Both the position numbers and the translations under genes were made by a program. This document shows, piece after piece, positions 1 through 7,717 of a stretch of 12,688 nucleotides of DNA. The notes under the pieces were generated by a model. It saw only the letters and a list, made by a program, of their open reading frames with translations, had not been told where the DNA came from and did no database searches. The stretch comes from an uncultured Chloroflexia bacterium (lineage in GTDB: Bacteria > Chloroflexota > Limnocylindria > Limnocylindrales > CSP1-4): contig CAVQJC010000003.1 of NCBI GenBank assembly GCA_963712745.1, forward strand, positions 1 to 12,688, given 5' to 3'. Positions within the stretch are counted from its first letter, which is position 1. Each line of letters starts with the position of its first letter.

Positions 1-99
1 AGTCGCGTGTACCTGCTCGCCTCGCGTGGCGCGCACGGGCATGCGGCGCCGGGCTGTCCAGCACTGGTGGCGTTCGCCCGAGTCCTTCACCCTCGGCGG

Positions 100-780
100 A
101 TGGACCCTCGTCTTCGACGCTATCTCCTGCGCCAGATCACGTTCGTCACCTTCTCGGTCGCTCTGATGTTCCTGCTCGCCGGACGGCTCGACTGGCTCGG
201 CGGCTGGCTGGTGGCTGCGATCCAGGTGGGCAGCCTGGCAGCGCAGTGGCTCATCGTCGGGCGGCGGCATCCGGACCTGCTCCTCGAGCGGTCGGGCCTG
301 GGTGAGGACGTCGAGCGCAGCGACATCCCGCTCGCTGTGGGCATGGCCTACGGGCCCTTCGTGGCGATGCTGATCGCCGGGCTCGAGGTCCGCCTGCAGG
401 GCCTGCCCGAGGCCACCCTCCTCGTGCCCATCGCCGGCGTCGCCCTCGCGGTCGCTGGCATCGCCGTCACGGTCTCGGCCATGCTGGCCAATCGCTACTT
501 CGGTCCCGTCGTGCGCATCCAGTCCGAGCGCGGCCACGAGGTCGCCACCGACGGACCCTACGCGGTCGTGCGGCATCCCGGCTACGTCGGCGCCATCCTC
601 TTCTACGTCGGCCTGCCGGCGGTACTCGGCTCCTGGTGGTCGGTGCCCATCATGGCTCTGTTGATCGCCATCACCGTCGTGCGGACCGCACGTGAGGACC
701 GCTATCTTCGCGCGCACCTGACCGGCTACGTCGAATACGCAGACCGGGTCCGATGGAGGCTCGTCCCGCGCGTCTGGTGA
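100..780 (+). CDS. Isoprenylcysteine carboxyl methyltransferase (ICMT/PEMT) family integral membrane protein, ~226 aa
   Basis: Several hydrophobic helices plus C-terminal family motifs 'NRYFGPVVRIQSERGHEVATDGPYAVVRHPGYVG' and 'RTAREDRYL...GYVEYADRVRWRLVPRVW'. ATG at 100 chosen over GTG at 7 because the upstream translation is not protein-like. Confidence 0.9.
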   Translation: MDPRLRRYLLRQITFVTFSVALMFLLAGRLDWLGGWLVAAIQVGSLAAQWLIVGRRHPDLLLERSGLGEDVERSDIPLAVGMAYGPFVAMLIAGLEVRLQGLPEATLLVPIAGVALAVAGIAVTVSAMLANRYFGPVVRIQSERGHEVATDGPYAVVRHPGYVGAILFYVGLPAVLGSWWSVPIMALLIAITVVRTAREDRYLRAHLTGYVEYADRVRWRLVPRVW

Positions 781-813
781 CCAAGGAAGGCGGGTCTCCA
801 CAGGCCACGATCC

Positions 814-1600
814 GGTGATGGTGCAATGGCGCGCCGTGACAGCGCCGGGAGCGGCTCCCTGCCTGGGGCGAGCAAGCCGTCATCGAGCGAAGGCATTCGG
901 CAGACTGGGCGATGGCCGGGTCGTACGCCACGTCTCCGAAGACTCACGCGCCGTCTTGGTGTCAGGCGATCCCTCCGCATGGTGGTGCGGCGTGTCCGCA
1001 GTTTCTCCTTCATGGGCTGTCGAGGACGGCCATCCTCGGCCAGGTGGTCGGGTGGAGTGCGGCGATGATGGCCGGGGCGAAGGCGTCGACGTAGTCGACC
1101 GCGAGGTTCGCCTGGCGGCTCGTTCGCCGGGGGTCATGGCGGATCGATCGAGCGACGTCGGCGCAGCGACCGACTCGCGAAGGTCGCGGCTCGCCTCGCG
1201 CAGGCTCATGCCCTCACCGACACGAAGCAGGAGCCGAGCGATCTCCCCGTGGCCGAACACGAAGCCGCGTCCGGTGGTGACACCCTCGTGACGAGCTACA
1301 CGTGCGCGTGCAGGTCGGGCAGCTGGCCCCGGTATCGGGGTGCTTCTCGGTCGGCTGGCGGACCGCGACCAGCAGACCGGACGAGTGGCCCTGGTGCCCT
1401 CGGGCGTCACGCAGCGATAGCGGGGACGGCGATGGGCATCGCTCCATCGGCTCCGCTCGAAGCCATCCAGCCAGACGCTGGCCCGGGTGCTCCGGACACG
1501 GCGGACGGACGACCGTCGCGTCGGCCTTCGTGCGTGCCATCGACACGAATGTGGACGACCGTAGTGTCACCTAGGGCGGCACGCTCAGCGCACTATTCCC
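814..1600 (-). mobile_element. Degenerate IS-like element carrying a frameshifted transposase remnant (IS1/IS1595-like architecture)
   Basis: Joining minus-strand frames from ATG 1540 gives MARTKADATVVRPPCPEHPG / SVWLDGFERSRWSDAHRRPRYRCVTPEGTR / GHSSGLLVAVRQPTEKHPDTGASCPTCTRT / VARHEGVTTGRGFVFGHGEIARLLLRVGEGMSLREASRDLRES... / SRQANLAVDYVDAFAPAIIAALHPTTWPRMAVLDS. This reads as Zn-ribbon (CPxH...RYRC), CxxC, HTH, then a hydrophobic strand ending in Asp. It lies next to the tRNA 3' end. Boundaries come from a weak inverted repeat and are uncertain. Confidence 0.5.
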
Positions 1601-1618
1601 AGTCAGATACAACAGAGT

Positions 1619-1694
1619 TGGCGTCCCCGGCAGGATTCGAACCTGCGACCGGCCGCTTAGAAGGCGGCTGCTCTGTCCACTGAGCTACGGGGAC
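1619..1694 (-). tRNA. tRNA-Arg (anticodon TCT), CCA encoded
   Basis: Reverse complement folds as a cloverleaf: GTCCCCG TA GCTCAGTGGACAGAGC A GCCGC CT-TCT-AA GCGGC CGGTC GCAGG TTCGAAT CCTGC CGGGGAC G CCA; 76 nt with a perfect acceptor stem. Confidence 0.98.
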
Positions 1695-1706
1695 GCGACC
1701 GCCCAC

Positions 1707-1712
1707 AGTGTA
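1707..1712 (-). promoter_or_regulatory. Putative -10 element (TACACT) of the tRNA-Arg promoter
   Basis: TACACT on the minus strand 12 nt upstream of the mature tRNA 5' end; no clear -35. Confidence 0.5.
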
Positions 1713-1828
1713 CGCACGGAGTGGCGGTCGGGCTCTGACCCCAGCTGGCGACGATGCGGACCACCGCCAGGGGGATCCCGATAGCACGCCGCCGGGCCGG
1801 GCACCCGCGTGCCTGGTAGGCGTCGAGG

Positions 1829-2014
1829 CTACTTGATGGCCTTCTTCACGGCGGACGTTCGCTCCGCGTAGTAGTAGGCGCAGCCCGCCTTCACGAAGTC
1901 CGGTTCGATCTTCAGGTCCGCGAGCGCTCGCTTGACGGCCGCCGGAGAAGCCCCCAGCTCCTTTGCCATGGCGCCCGCCGAAAACCCATCGCGTCCTGAT
2001 GCGTCCTTGGCCAT
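1829..2014 (-). CDS. Small basic winged helix-turn-helix-like protein, 61 aa, function unknown
   Basis: Strong SD AGGAGGT 4 nt before the ATG, GC3-rich codons, HTH-like 'FSAGAMAKELGASPAAVKRALADL' followed by a hairpin-like 'EPDFVKAGCAYYY'. Confidence 0.8.
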   Translation of the reverse strand: MAKDASGRDGFSAGAMAKELGASPAAVKRALADLKIEPDFVKAGCAYYYAERTSAVKKAIK

Positions 2015-2117
2015 CGTTACCTCCTGCTTCGTGATGGTCAGGATAGTCCGGCGACGACGAGGCGGAAGCGCCGTGCGGTTGGGCCCGAAGGACCGCAGGA
2101 CCGGCGACCCCCTGCCC

Positions 2118-2147
2118 TTGACATCGAGCCCGCCGACCGTTCAGGTT
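2118..2147 (+). promoter_or_regulatory. Putative sigma70 promoter for the F420 oxidoreductase gene
   Basis: Exact TTGACA at 2118-2123, then a weak -10 CAGGTT at 2142-2147 (18-nt spacer), about 20 nt upstream of the ATG. Confidence 0.45.
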
Positions 2148-2167
2148 TGGTCCCGAGAGGGGGACCG

Positions 2168-2665
2168 ATGTCAGACCCAACGCCAGACACCAGCTCCAAG
2201 CCCGCCAGCGAGACCAAGCCGCCGCGCATGCCGCCGCGCTGGTTCGTGCGCTCCGCGTGGGCCTTCCACCGTGGCTACCACCGGCTCACGGGTGGACGTC
2301 GAGGCTTGTGGAAGCCAAGGCCCGGCAAGTGGGGGACCATGCGCCTCATGACCATCGGTCGCAAGTCGGGCCAGGAGCGTGAGGCCATCCTGGGCTACTA
2401 CGAGGACGAAGCGAATCTGGTCACCCTGGCCATGAACGGTTGGGGCAAGGGCGAGCCGGCATGGTGGCTCAACCTCCAGGCGCATCCCGACACCACCGTC
2501 GAGCTGAAGGACGGCGTGCATCGGGTGCACGGTCGCGCCGCGGAAGGCGAGGAGCGCGAGCGGCTCTGGGCCAAGTGGCGCGAGTACGGTGACGACGTCG
2601 ACGCCTACGCCAAGCTGCGCCCTACCGAGACGGCAGTCGTGGTCCTCGAGCCTCGCGAAGACTGA
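2168..2665 (+). CDS. Deazaflavin (F420)-dependent oxidoreductase, Ddn/nitroreductase family (FDOR-A), 165 aa
   Basis: Motifs 'LMTIGRKSGQERE', 'AMNGWGKGEPAWWLNLQAHP', 'AEGEERERLW', C-terminal 'VVVLEP'; SD-like GAGGGGG upstream of ATG 2168. Confidence 0.92.
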   Translation: MSDPTPDTSSKPASETKPPRMPPRWFVRSAWAFHRGYHRLTGGRRGLWKPRPGKWGTMRLMTIGRKSGQEREAILGYYEDEANLVTLAMNGWGKGEPAWWLNLQAHPDTTVELKDGVHRVHGRAAEGEERERLWAKWREYGDDVDAYAKLRPTETAVVVLEPRED

Positions 2666-2780
2666 CGCGTCCGACCCCAGCCGGGGCGCCGCTCCCGCCA
2701 CCGGGTCCGGGAGCGGCACGGCCAGCAGATGCGCCAGGCCCGACCCTCCGACTGGCGGACGGATGGGCGAGTACGGGGCC

Positions 2781-2786
2781 TACAAT
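2781..2786 (+). promoter_or_regulatory. Putative -10 element (TACAAT) upstream of the sugar cluster
   Basis: Near-consensus TACAAT in a GC-rich intergenic region 100 nt upstream of ATG 2886; no convincing -35. Confidence 0.4.
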
Positions 2787-2885
2787 GTCGGTCACTTGCC
2801 GTGCGTGCTTCGAGCGCACCCGAGCCGTCGGACTGGGCACCCGCCCACACGCGGTCCCAGTCATGCATCAGAGGGAGCTAGCGAC

Positions 2886-4133
2886 ATGACTGGAACGTAC
2901 CCGCCGGGCGCGTACGAGGAGATCGGTTTCACGGCCTCAGCAGCAGACCGTGTGCTTGATGCGGGGCGCGGAGTGGTGCGGCTGGCCCCCGCCTGGGTAC
3001 CCCGGGCGTTCTGCACGCCGGGTCGCCGCATCCGGCTCCATCCGGACGACTACTACCCCTTCGGGCCCGATCGAGGCGGAGTCGACGAGCGCTGGCTTTC
3101 GTCTGCCATCCGCGCCGACAACGGCCCCCTGACCGGGCCATACGAGGGTCTCAGCCTGGTCGTGGATCCCGAGGGCTCGCTCGTGCCGTTCGACGAGTTC
3201 GTGGCCCATCATGGGGCCGATCTCATCGGGACCCGCCTGTGGGATGAATACGGCCGCTGGCCCATGTACTCGAAGTTCTTCGACAACCTCCAGGCGCTGC
3301 CGTTCCACTTCCACCAGCGTGACGAGCACGCCGCCATGGTGGGCAAGATCGCCAAGCCCGAGTCCTACTACTACTCGCCACATATGAACAACAACCTCGG
3401 CGACCACCCCATCAGCTTCCTGGGTCTGCAGCCGGAGACGACGCGCGACCAGATGCGGGAGCGGCTGGGGCGGTTCTCCCAGGGCGGCGACAATCACATC
3501 ACCGACCTCTCCCCGGGCTACCGAACGCAGCTGGGCACAGGCTGGGACATCCCCGCCGGCGTCCTCCACGCGCCCGGGAGCATCTGCACCTATGAGCCGC
3601 AGGCGGCCTCCGACGTCTTCTGCATGTGCGAGTCATGGAGCAACAATCAGGAGGTGCCCGAGGAGCTCATGTGGAAGGACGTGCCTAAAGACCGGGTCGG
3701 CGACCTCGACTTCATCATCGAGTCGCTTGACTGGGAGCTCAACGTCGATCCCATGTTCGTGACCAATCGCTTCATGACGCCCTACGAGACCGATCGGTCG
3801 CGCGAGGGCGACCCGGGAGCGGTCGAGCGGTGGATCGTCTACCGAGCCGAGGCCTACAGCGCGACGGAGCTGAGCGTCCGCCCGGGCGCGACCGTCACCA
3901 TCACCGACACGGACGCCTACGGGCTCATCGTGGTCCAGGGGTTCGGCTCGGTCGGTGTCCATCAGGTCGAGGCGGCTACCACCATCCGCTTCGGCGAGCT
4001 GTCGGCCGACGAGCTCTACGTTTCGGAGTCGGCAGCACAGGAGGGCGTGGTGGTCGAGAACCGCAGCGCGAGCCAGCCGCTCGTCATGCTCAAGCACTTC
4101 GGACCCGGAAACCGATCGCTGGCGACACCCTGA
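2886..4133 (+). CDS. Cupin-fold protein resembling type I mannose-6-phosphate isomerase (putative sugar isomerase), 415 aa
   Basis: SD GAGGGAG before ATG 2886. Motifs 'SKFFDNLQALPFHFHQRDEHA...KPESYYY', 'IPAGVLHAPG' and 'YEPQAASD' parallel PMI motifs 'KxxDxxxxLSxQVHPDD...KxExWY', 'xPAGxxHAxG' and 'EIQQxSD'. Confidence 0.8.
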   Translation: MTGTYPPGAYEEIGFTASAADRVLDAGRGVVRLAPAWVPRAFCTPGRRIRLHPDDYYPFGPDRGGVDERWLSSAIRADNGPLTGPYEGLSLVVDPEGSLVPFDEFVAHHGADLIGTRLWDEYGRWPMYSKFFDNLQALPFHFHQRDEHAAMVGKIAKPESYYYSPHMNNNLGDHPISFLGLQPETTRDQMRERLGRFSQGGDNHITDLSPGYRTQLGTGWDIPAGVLHAPGSICTYEPQAASDVFCMCESWSNNQEVPEELMWKDVPKDRVGDLDFIIESLDWELNVDPMFVTNRFMTPYETDRSREGDPGAVERWIVYRAEAYSATELSVRPGATVTITDTDAYGLIVVQGFGSVGVHQVEAATTIRFGELSADELYVSESAAQEGVVVENRSASQPLVMLKHFGPGNRSLATP

Positions 4134-4176
4134 CCTGAAACCCGAGGGTGGGGCGTCTTCGGTTCCGCCGATTCGC

Positions 4177-4205
4177 TTGACTCGGTCAGGTGGATGGGGA
4201 ACACT
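4177..4205 (+). promoter_or_regulatory. Putative internal promoter for the ABC transporter genes
   Basis: TTGACT (4177-4182), 17-nt spacer, AACACT (4200-4205). Confidence 0.4.
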
Positions 4206-4318
4206 GGCGACCCGCGCATGGAGGCGCGATCGCCGGCTTCGGGTCAAGTCGGCGGGGGGTTCTTGGCGGATCCTACGTCCCTTGTTGACGAGCAGGATCG
4301 CCCTTTGGAGGAGTGGAC

Positions 4319-5266
4319 ATGAAGAGACTCTCTATCGGACTGGTCGCATCCGTCGCGCTTGTCGCGTCGTTCTCTGCGGCTCCCGTGGTCGCCCAGGATG
4401 ATCTGACCATCGCATCGTCGATGCCGAACCTCGGGTTCCCGTTCTTCGTGCATATGCAGAAGGAGCTGAGGTCAGAGGCCGAGGCGATCGGCGGGATCAC
4501 CCTGATCGAGACCGACGGCGAGAACAGCGCTCCCAAGCAGACCGCCGACGTCGAGGCGGCCATCATCCAGGGCGTCGACGGCATCATCATCAGCCCCATC
4601 GACACCGTAGCCATGGCCCCGGTGCTCCAGCAGGCCGTCGAGGCCGGTATCCCGGTCGTCACCATCGACCGCCGGGTCGACGATGTCGAGGGCATCCTGA
4701 GCCACGTCGGCGCGGACAACGTCATCGGCGGCGAGGCGCAGGGCCAGCTGATCGTCGATAGCTTCCCGGATGGCGCGACCATCGTGAATCTGCAGGGGCA
4801 GCCTGGCTCGAGCCCGGCCATCGACCGCAACGCCGGCGTGCACAACGTGCTCGACGGCATGTCCGACAAGTACCCGTTCATCGTCGAGCAGACCGCGAAC
4901 TTCTCGCGGACCGAAGCGGTGACCGTCACCGAGGCCATCCTGGCCGGTCTCGACTCGCCGCCCGACGTGATCGTGGCGGCCAACGACGACATGGCGCTGG
5001 GTGCGCTGCAGGTGGTCACGGAGCAGGGCCTTGACGTCGCGGTGATCGGTTTCGACGCACTTCCCGAGGCCCTCGGCAGCGTGCGCGATGGTGGCCTGCT
5101 GGCCACCATCGAGCAGTTCCCCGGCGGCCAGAGCCGCAGTGCGACCCAGGCCCTGGTGAGCTACCTGCGGGACGGTGTCCAGCCTGAAGCGGTCACGCTT
5201 CTGAGCCCCATCGCCATCACCGCGGACAACATCGACCAGGGCGAGCGCCTGGGCGAACTCGAGTAG
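4319..5266 (+). CDS. Sugar ABC transporter substrate-binding protein (RbsB-like, periplasmic binding protein type 1), 315 aa
   Basis: SD GGAGGAG 5 nt before ATG 4319; Sec signal peptide MKRLSIGLVASVALVASFSAAPVVA; motifs 'GVDGIIISP', 'AGIPVVTIDR', 'VGADNVIGG', 'AANDDMALGA', 'VIGFDA'. Confidence 0.95.
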   Translation: MKRLSIGLVASVALVASFSAAPVVAQDDLTIASSMPNLGFPFFVHMQKELRSEAEAIGGITLIETDGENSAPKQTADVEAAIIQGVDGIIISPIDTVAMAPVLQQAVEAGIPVVTIDRRVDDVEGILSHVGADNVIGGEAQGQLIVDSFPDGATIVNLQGQPGSSPAIDRNAGVHNVLDGMSDKYPFIVEQTANFSRTEAVTVTEAILAGLDSPPDVIVAANDDMALGALQVVTEQGLDVAVIGFDALPEALGSVRDGGLLATIEQFPGGQSRSATQALVSYLRDGVQPEAVTLLSPIAITADNIDQGERLGELE

Positions 5267-5300
5267 ATCGCCATCGTTGGCAACGTCATCTGACGATGCT

Positions 5301-5328
5301 GCGGCGGGCCGGGGATCCGGCCCGCCGT
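5301..5328 (+). terminator. Intercistronic stem-loop (mRNA stabiliser or partial terminator) after the binding-protein gene
   Basis: GCGGCGGGCCGG-GGAT-CCGGCCCGCCGT, 12-bp stem with no U-tract; typical position in ABC operons. Confidence 0.65.
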
Positions 5329-5378
5329 CTCCTGTCTGACCGGGTCCGAATGACGCCACGCGGACGGTTCGCCAGACC

Positions 5379-6425
5379 ATGACCGAAGGTCACCTGCCGG
5401 GAACGGAAACATCCCAGGGTCCCGACTACCTCTATATCGCCTCCAGGCTCGCAGCGCCACTGTTCCTGCTGGTGCTGGTAGTGGTGTTCGCGCTGCTGGA
5501 GCCGAACTTCCTGAACCCGTTCAACCTGCTGAACACCCTGCGCCAGGTGTCGTTCACGGGGCTGATCGCCGTGGGCATGACCTTCGTCATCCTGACTGCA
5601 GGGATCGACCTGTCCATCGGCTCGCTGCTCGCGCTGGCCGGCATGGTGGGCGCCTTCGTGGCCAAGGGCGGCCTGGCTGACCGCTTCTCGGTCGGACAGG
5701 CGGTCGATGCGGCCAACCCGTGGTGGCTGGCCATCCTCGCCGCGCTGGCCGTCGGTATCGCCGGTGGTGCCGCGCAGGGGCTCACCATCGCCAAGCTCAA
5801 GGTCCCACCCTTCGTGGTGACGCTCGGAGGACTGACCATCTTCCGAGGCATGACCCTGCTCCTCTCCGAAGGCGGCCCGATATCGGGCTTCGAGCCCGAC
5901 TACACCTACTGGGGCCAGGGGAAGCTCGACGTCCTGTTCATCGAGGACGTCCCGGTCCCGGTCATCATCTTCATCGCGGCGGCCGTGATCGCGGCCATCG
6001 TGCTGCGCTACACGCGGTTCGGGCAGCACGTGTATGCCACAGGCGGCAATCGGGTCGCAGCCAATCTCAACGGCATCCCGACCGATCGGATCATCTTCTC
6101 GGTCTACGTGATCGTCGGCTTCATGTGCGGTCTGGCAGGCTTCCTGTTGTCGGCGCGGCTGGGTTCCGCGGAGGCGGTGGCGGGGAGCGGCTTCGAACTG
6201 GCGGTCATCGCCGCTGTGGTCATCGGTGGCACCAGCCTGTTCGGCGGGGTTGGCGGGATCTTCGGCACGGTGGTCGGCGTCCTCCTCATCGGCGTGCTGA
6301 CCAACGGCCTGGTGCTGCTGAACGTGTCGTCCTTCGTCCAGCAGATCATCATCGGCCTCGTGCTCATCACGGCCGTGGCATTCGATCAGTTCGCCACCCG
6401 CAGCCGTCGGCAGGTCGGGGCCTAG
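5379..6425 (+). CDS. Sugar ABC transporter permease (RbsC-like), 348 aa
   Basis: Motifs 'GMTFVILTAGIDLSIGS', 'KVPPFVVTLG', 'YTRFGQHVYATGGNRVAANLNGI', 'FELAVIAAVVIGGTSLFGGVG'. Confidence 0.95.
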   Translation: MTEGHLPGTETSQGPDYLYIASRLAAPLFLLVLVVVFALLEPNFLNPFNLLNTLRQVSFTGLIAVGMTFVILTAGIDLSIGSLLALAGMVGAFVAKGGLADRFSVGQAVDAANPWWLAILAALAVGIAGGAAQGLTIAKLKVPPFVVTLGGLTIFRGMTLLLSEGGPISGFEPDYTYWGQGKLDVLFIEDVPVPVIIFIAAAVIAAIVLRYTRFGQHVYATGGNRVAANLNGIPTDRIIFSVYVIVGFMCGLAGFLLSARLGSAEAVAGSGFELAVIAAVVIGGTSLFGGVGGIFGTVVGVLLIGVLTNGLVLLNVSSFVQQIIIGLVLITAVAFDQFATRSRRQVGA

Positions 6426-6427
6426 CC

Positions 6428-7177
<750 letters not shown>

Positions 7178-7191
7178 CGCCGGCCCGCGCC

Positions 7192-7656
7192 TCAGATGAT
7201 GGTGCGGACTGCGCCGCCGTCGCTCCTCTGGGCCGTCCCGTTCTGGGCCGGGTTGGTCATGAGCTGGACAAGCGCACGGCCATGCAGCCGGGGATCGATG
7301 AAGTCCTGCAGGAGCGAGTCCGGCATGTCGGTGCGGAAGAACTCGGCGATGGTCGCCTCCTGCGTGGTGCCGCGCTGCTCGGCGATGCCGGCGAAGTAGG
7401 CCAGGGACGACTCCGTGGCGGTCGGTCCGGGCAGATAGGCGTTGACGCGCACGTTCGTGCCGCGAGTCTGCTCGGCCAGCGCACGGGACAGACCGAGCTG
7501 GGCGGTCTTGGTCGTGGAGTAGTGCACCATGTGCGGCAGCGATCGCAGCGCCGCCTCGCTGGCGATGAAGGCGATGGACCCGCTGTCGCGGTCGAGCATC
7601 TCCCGCAGCACCAGCCTGGTGATGCGGATGCCCGTCATCAGGTTGGCCTCGAACCA
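7192..7656 (-). pseudogene. 5'-truncated classical SDR oxidoreductase (C-terminal ~150 aa only)
   Basis: 'FEANLMTGIRITR...GSIAFIASEAA...HYSTTKTAQLGLSRALAE...VRVNAYLPGPT...RSDGG' contains the N-S-YxxxK catalytic set, but the upstream frame has no TGxxxGxG or NNAG and runs into the divergent glycosyltransferase gene. Confidence 0.85.
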
Positions 7657-7717
7657 TGGTCGCGAGGCTTGGTTCGGCGCCCGGGCCCGGGTCGCGCCGG
7701 GATATTCTCTGGGAGCC

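Noticed and set aside
790-805. 15/16 direct repeat GCGGGT(C/G)TCCACAGGC with 11578-11593, considered as attL/attR or DnaA-box-like sites
   Set aside because: A rough estimate says such a match can arise by chance in 12.7 kb of high-GC DNA; it is unrelated to the tRNA 3' end, and there is no integrase or box cluster.
880-1410. 176-aa and 118-aa (1214-1570) minus-strand ORFs as independent genes
   Set aside because: Each is protein-like only in part; they are better explained as alternating frames of one frameshifted gene.
1619-1660. tRNA 3'-end duplication marking an integrative element
   Set aside because: I found no second copy of the tRNA 3' end and no integrase in the window.
2589-2885. 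Long N-terminal ORF extensions (also 7-99, 5720-6427, 7529-7717, 9584-9802)
   Set aside because: Low-complexity translations that mostly overlap other genes; downstream starts have better SD, coupling or domain boundaries.
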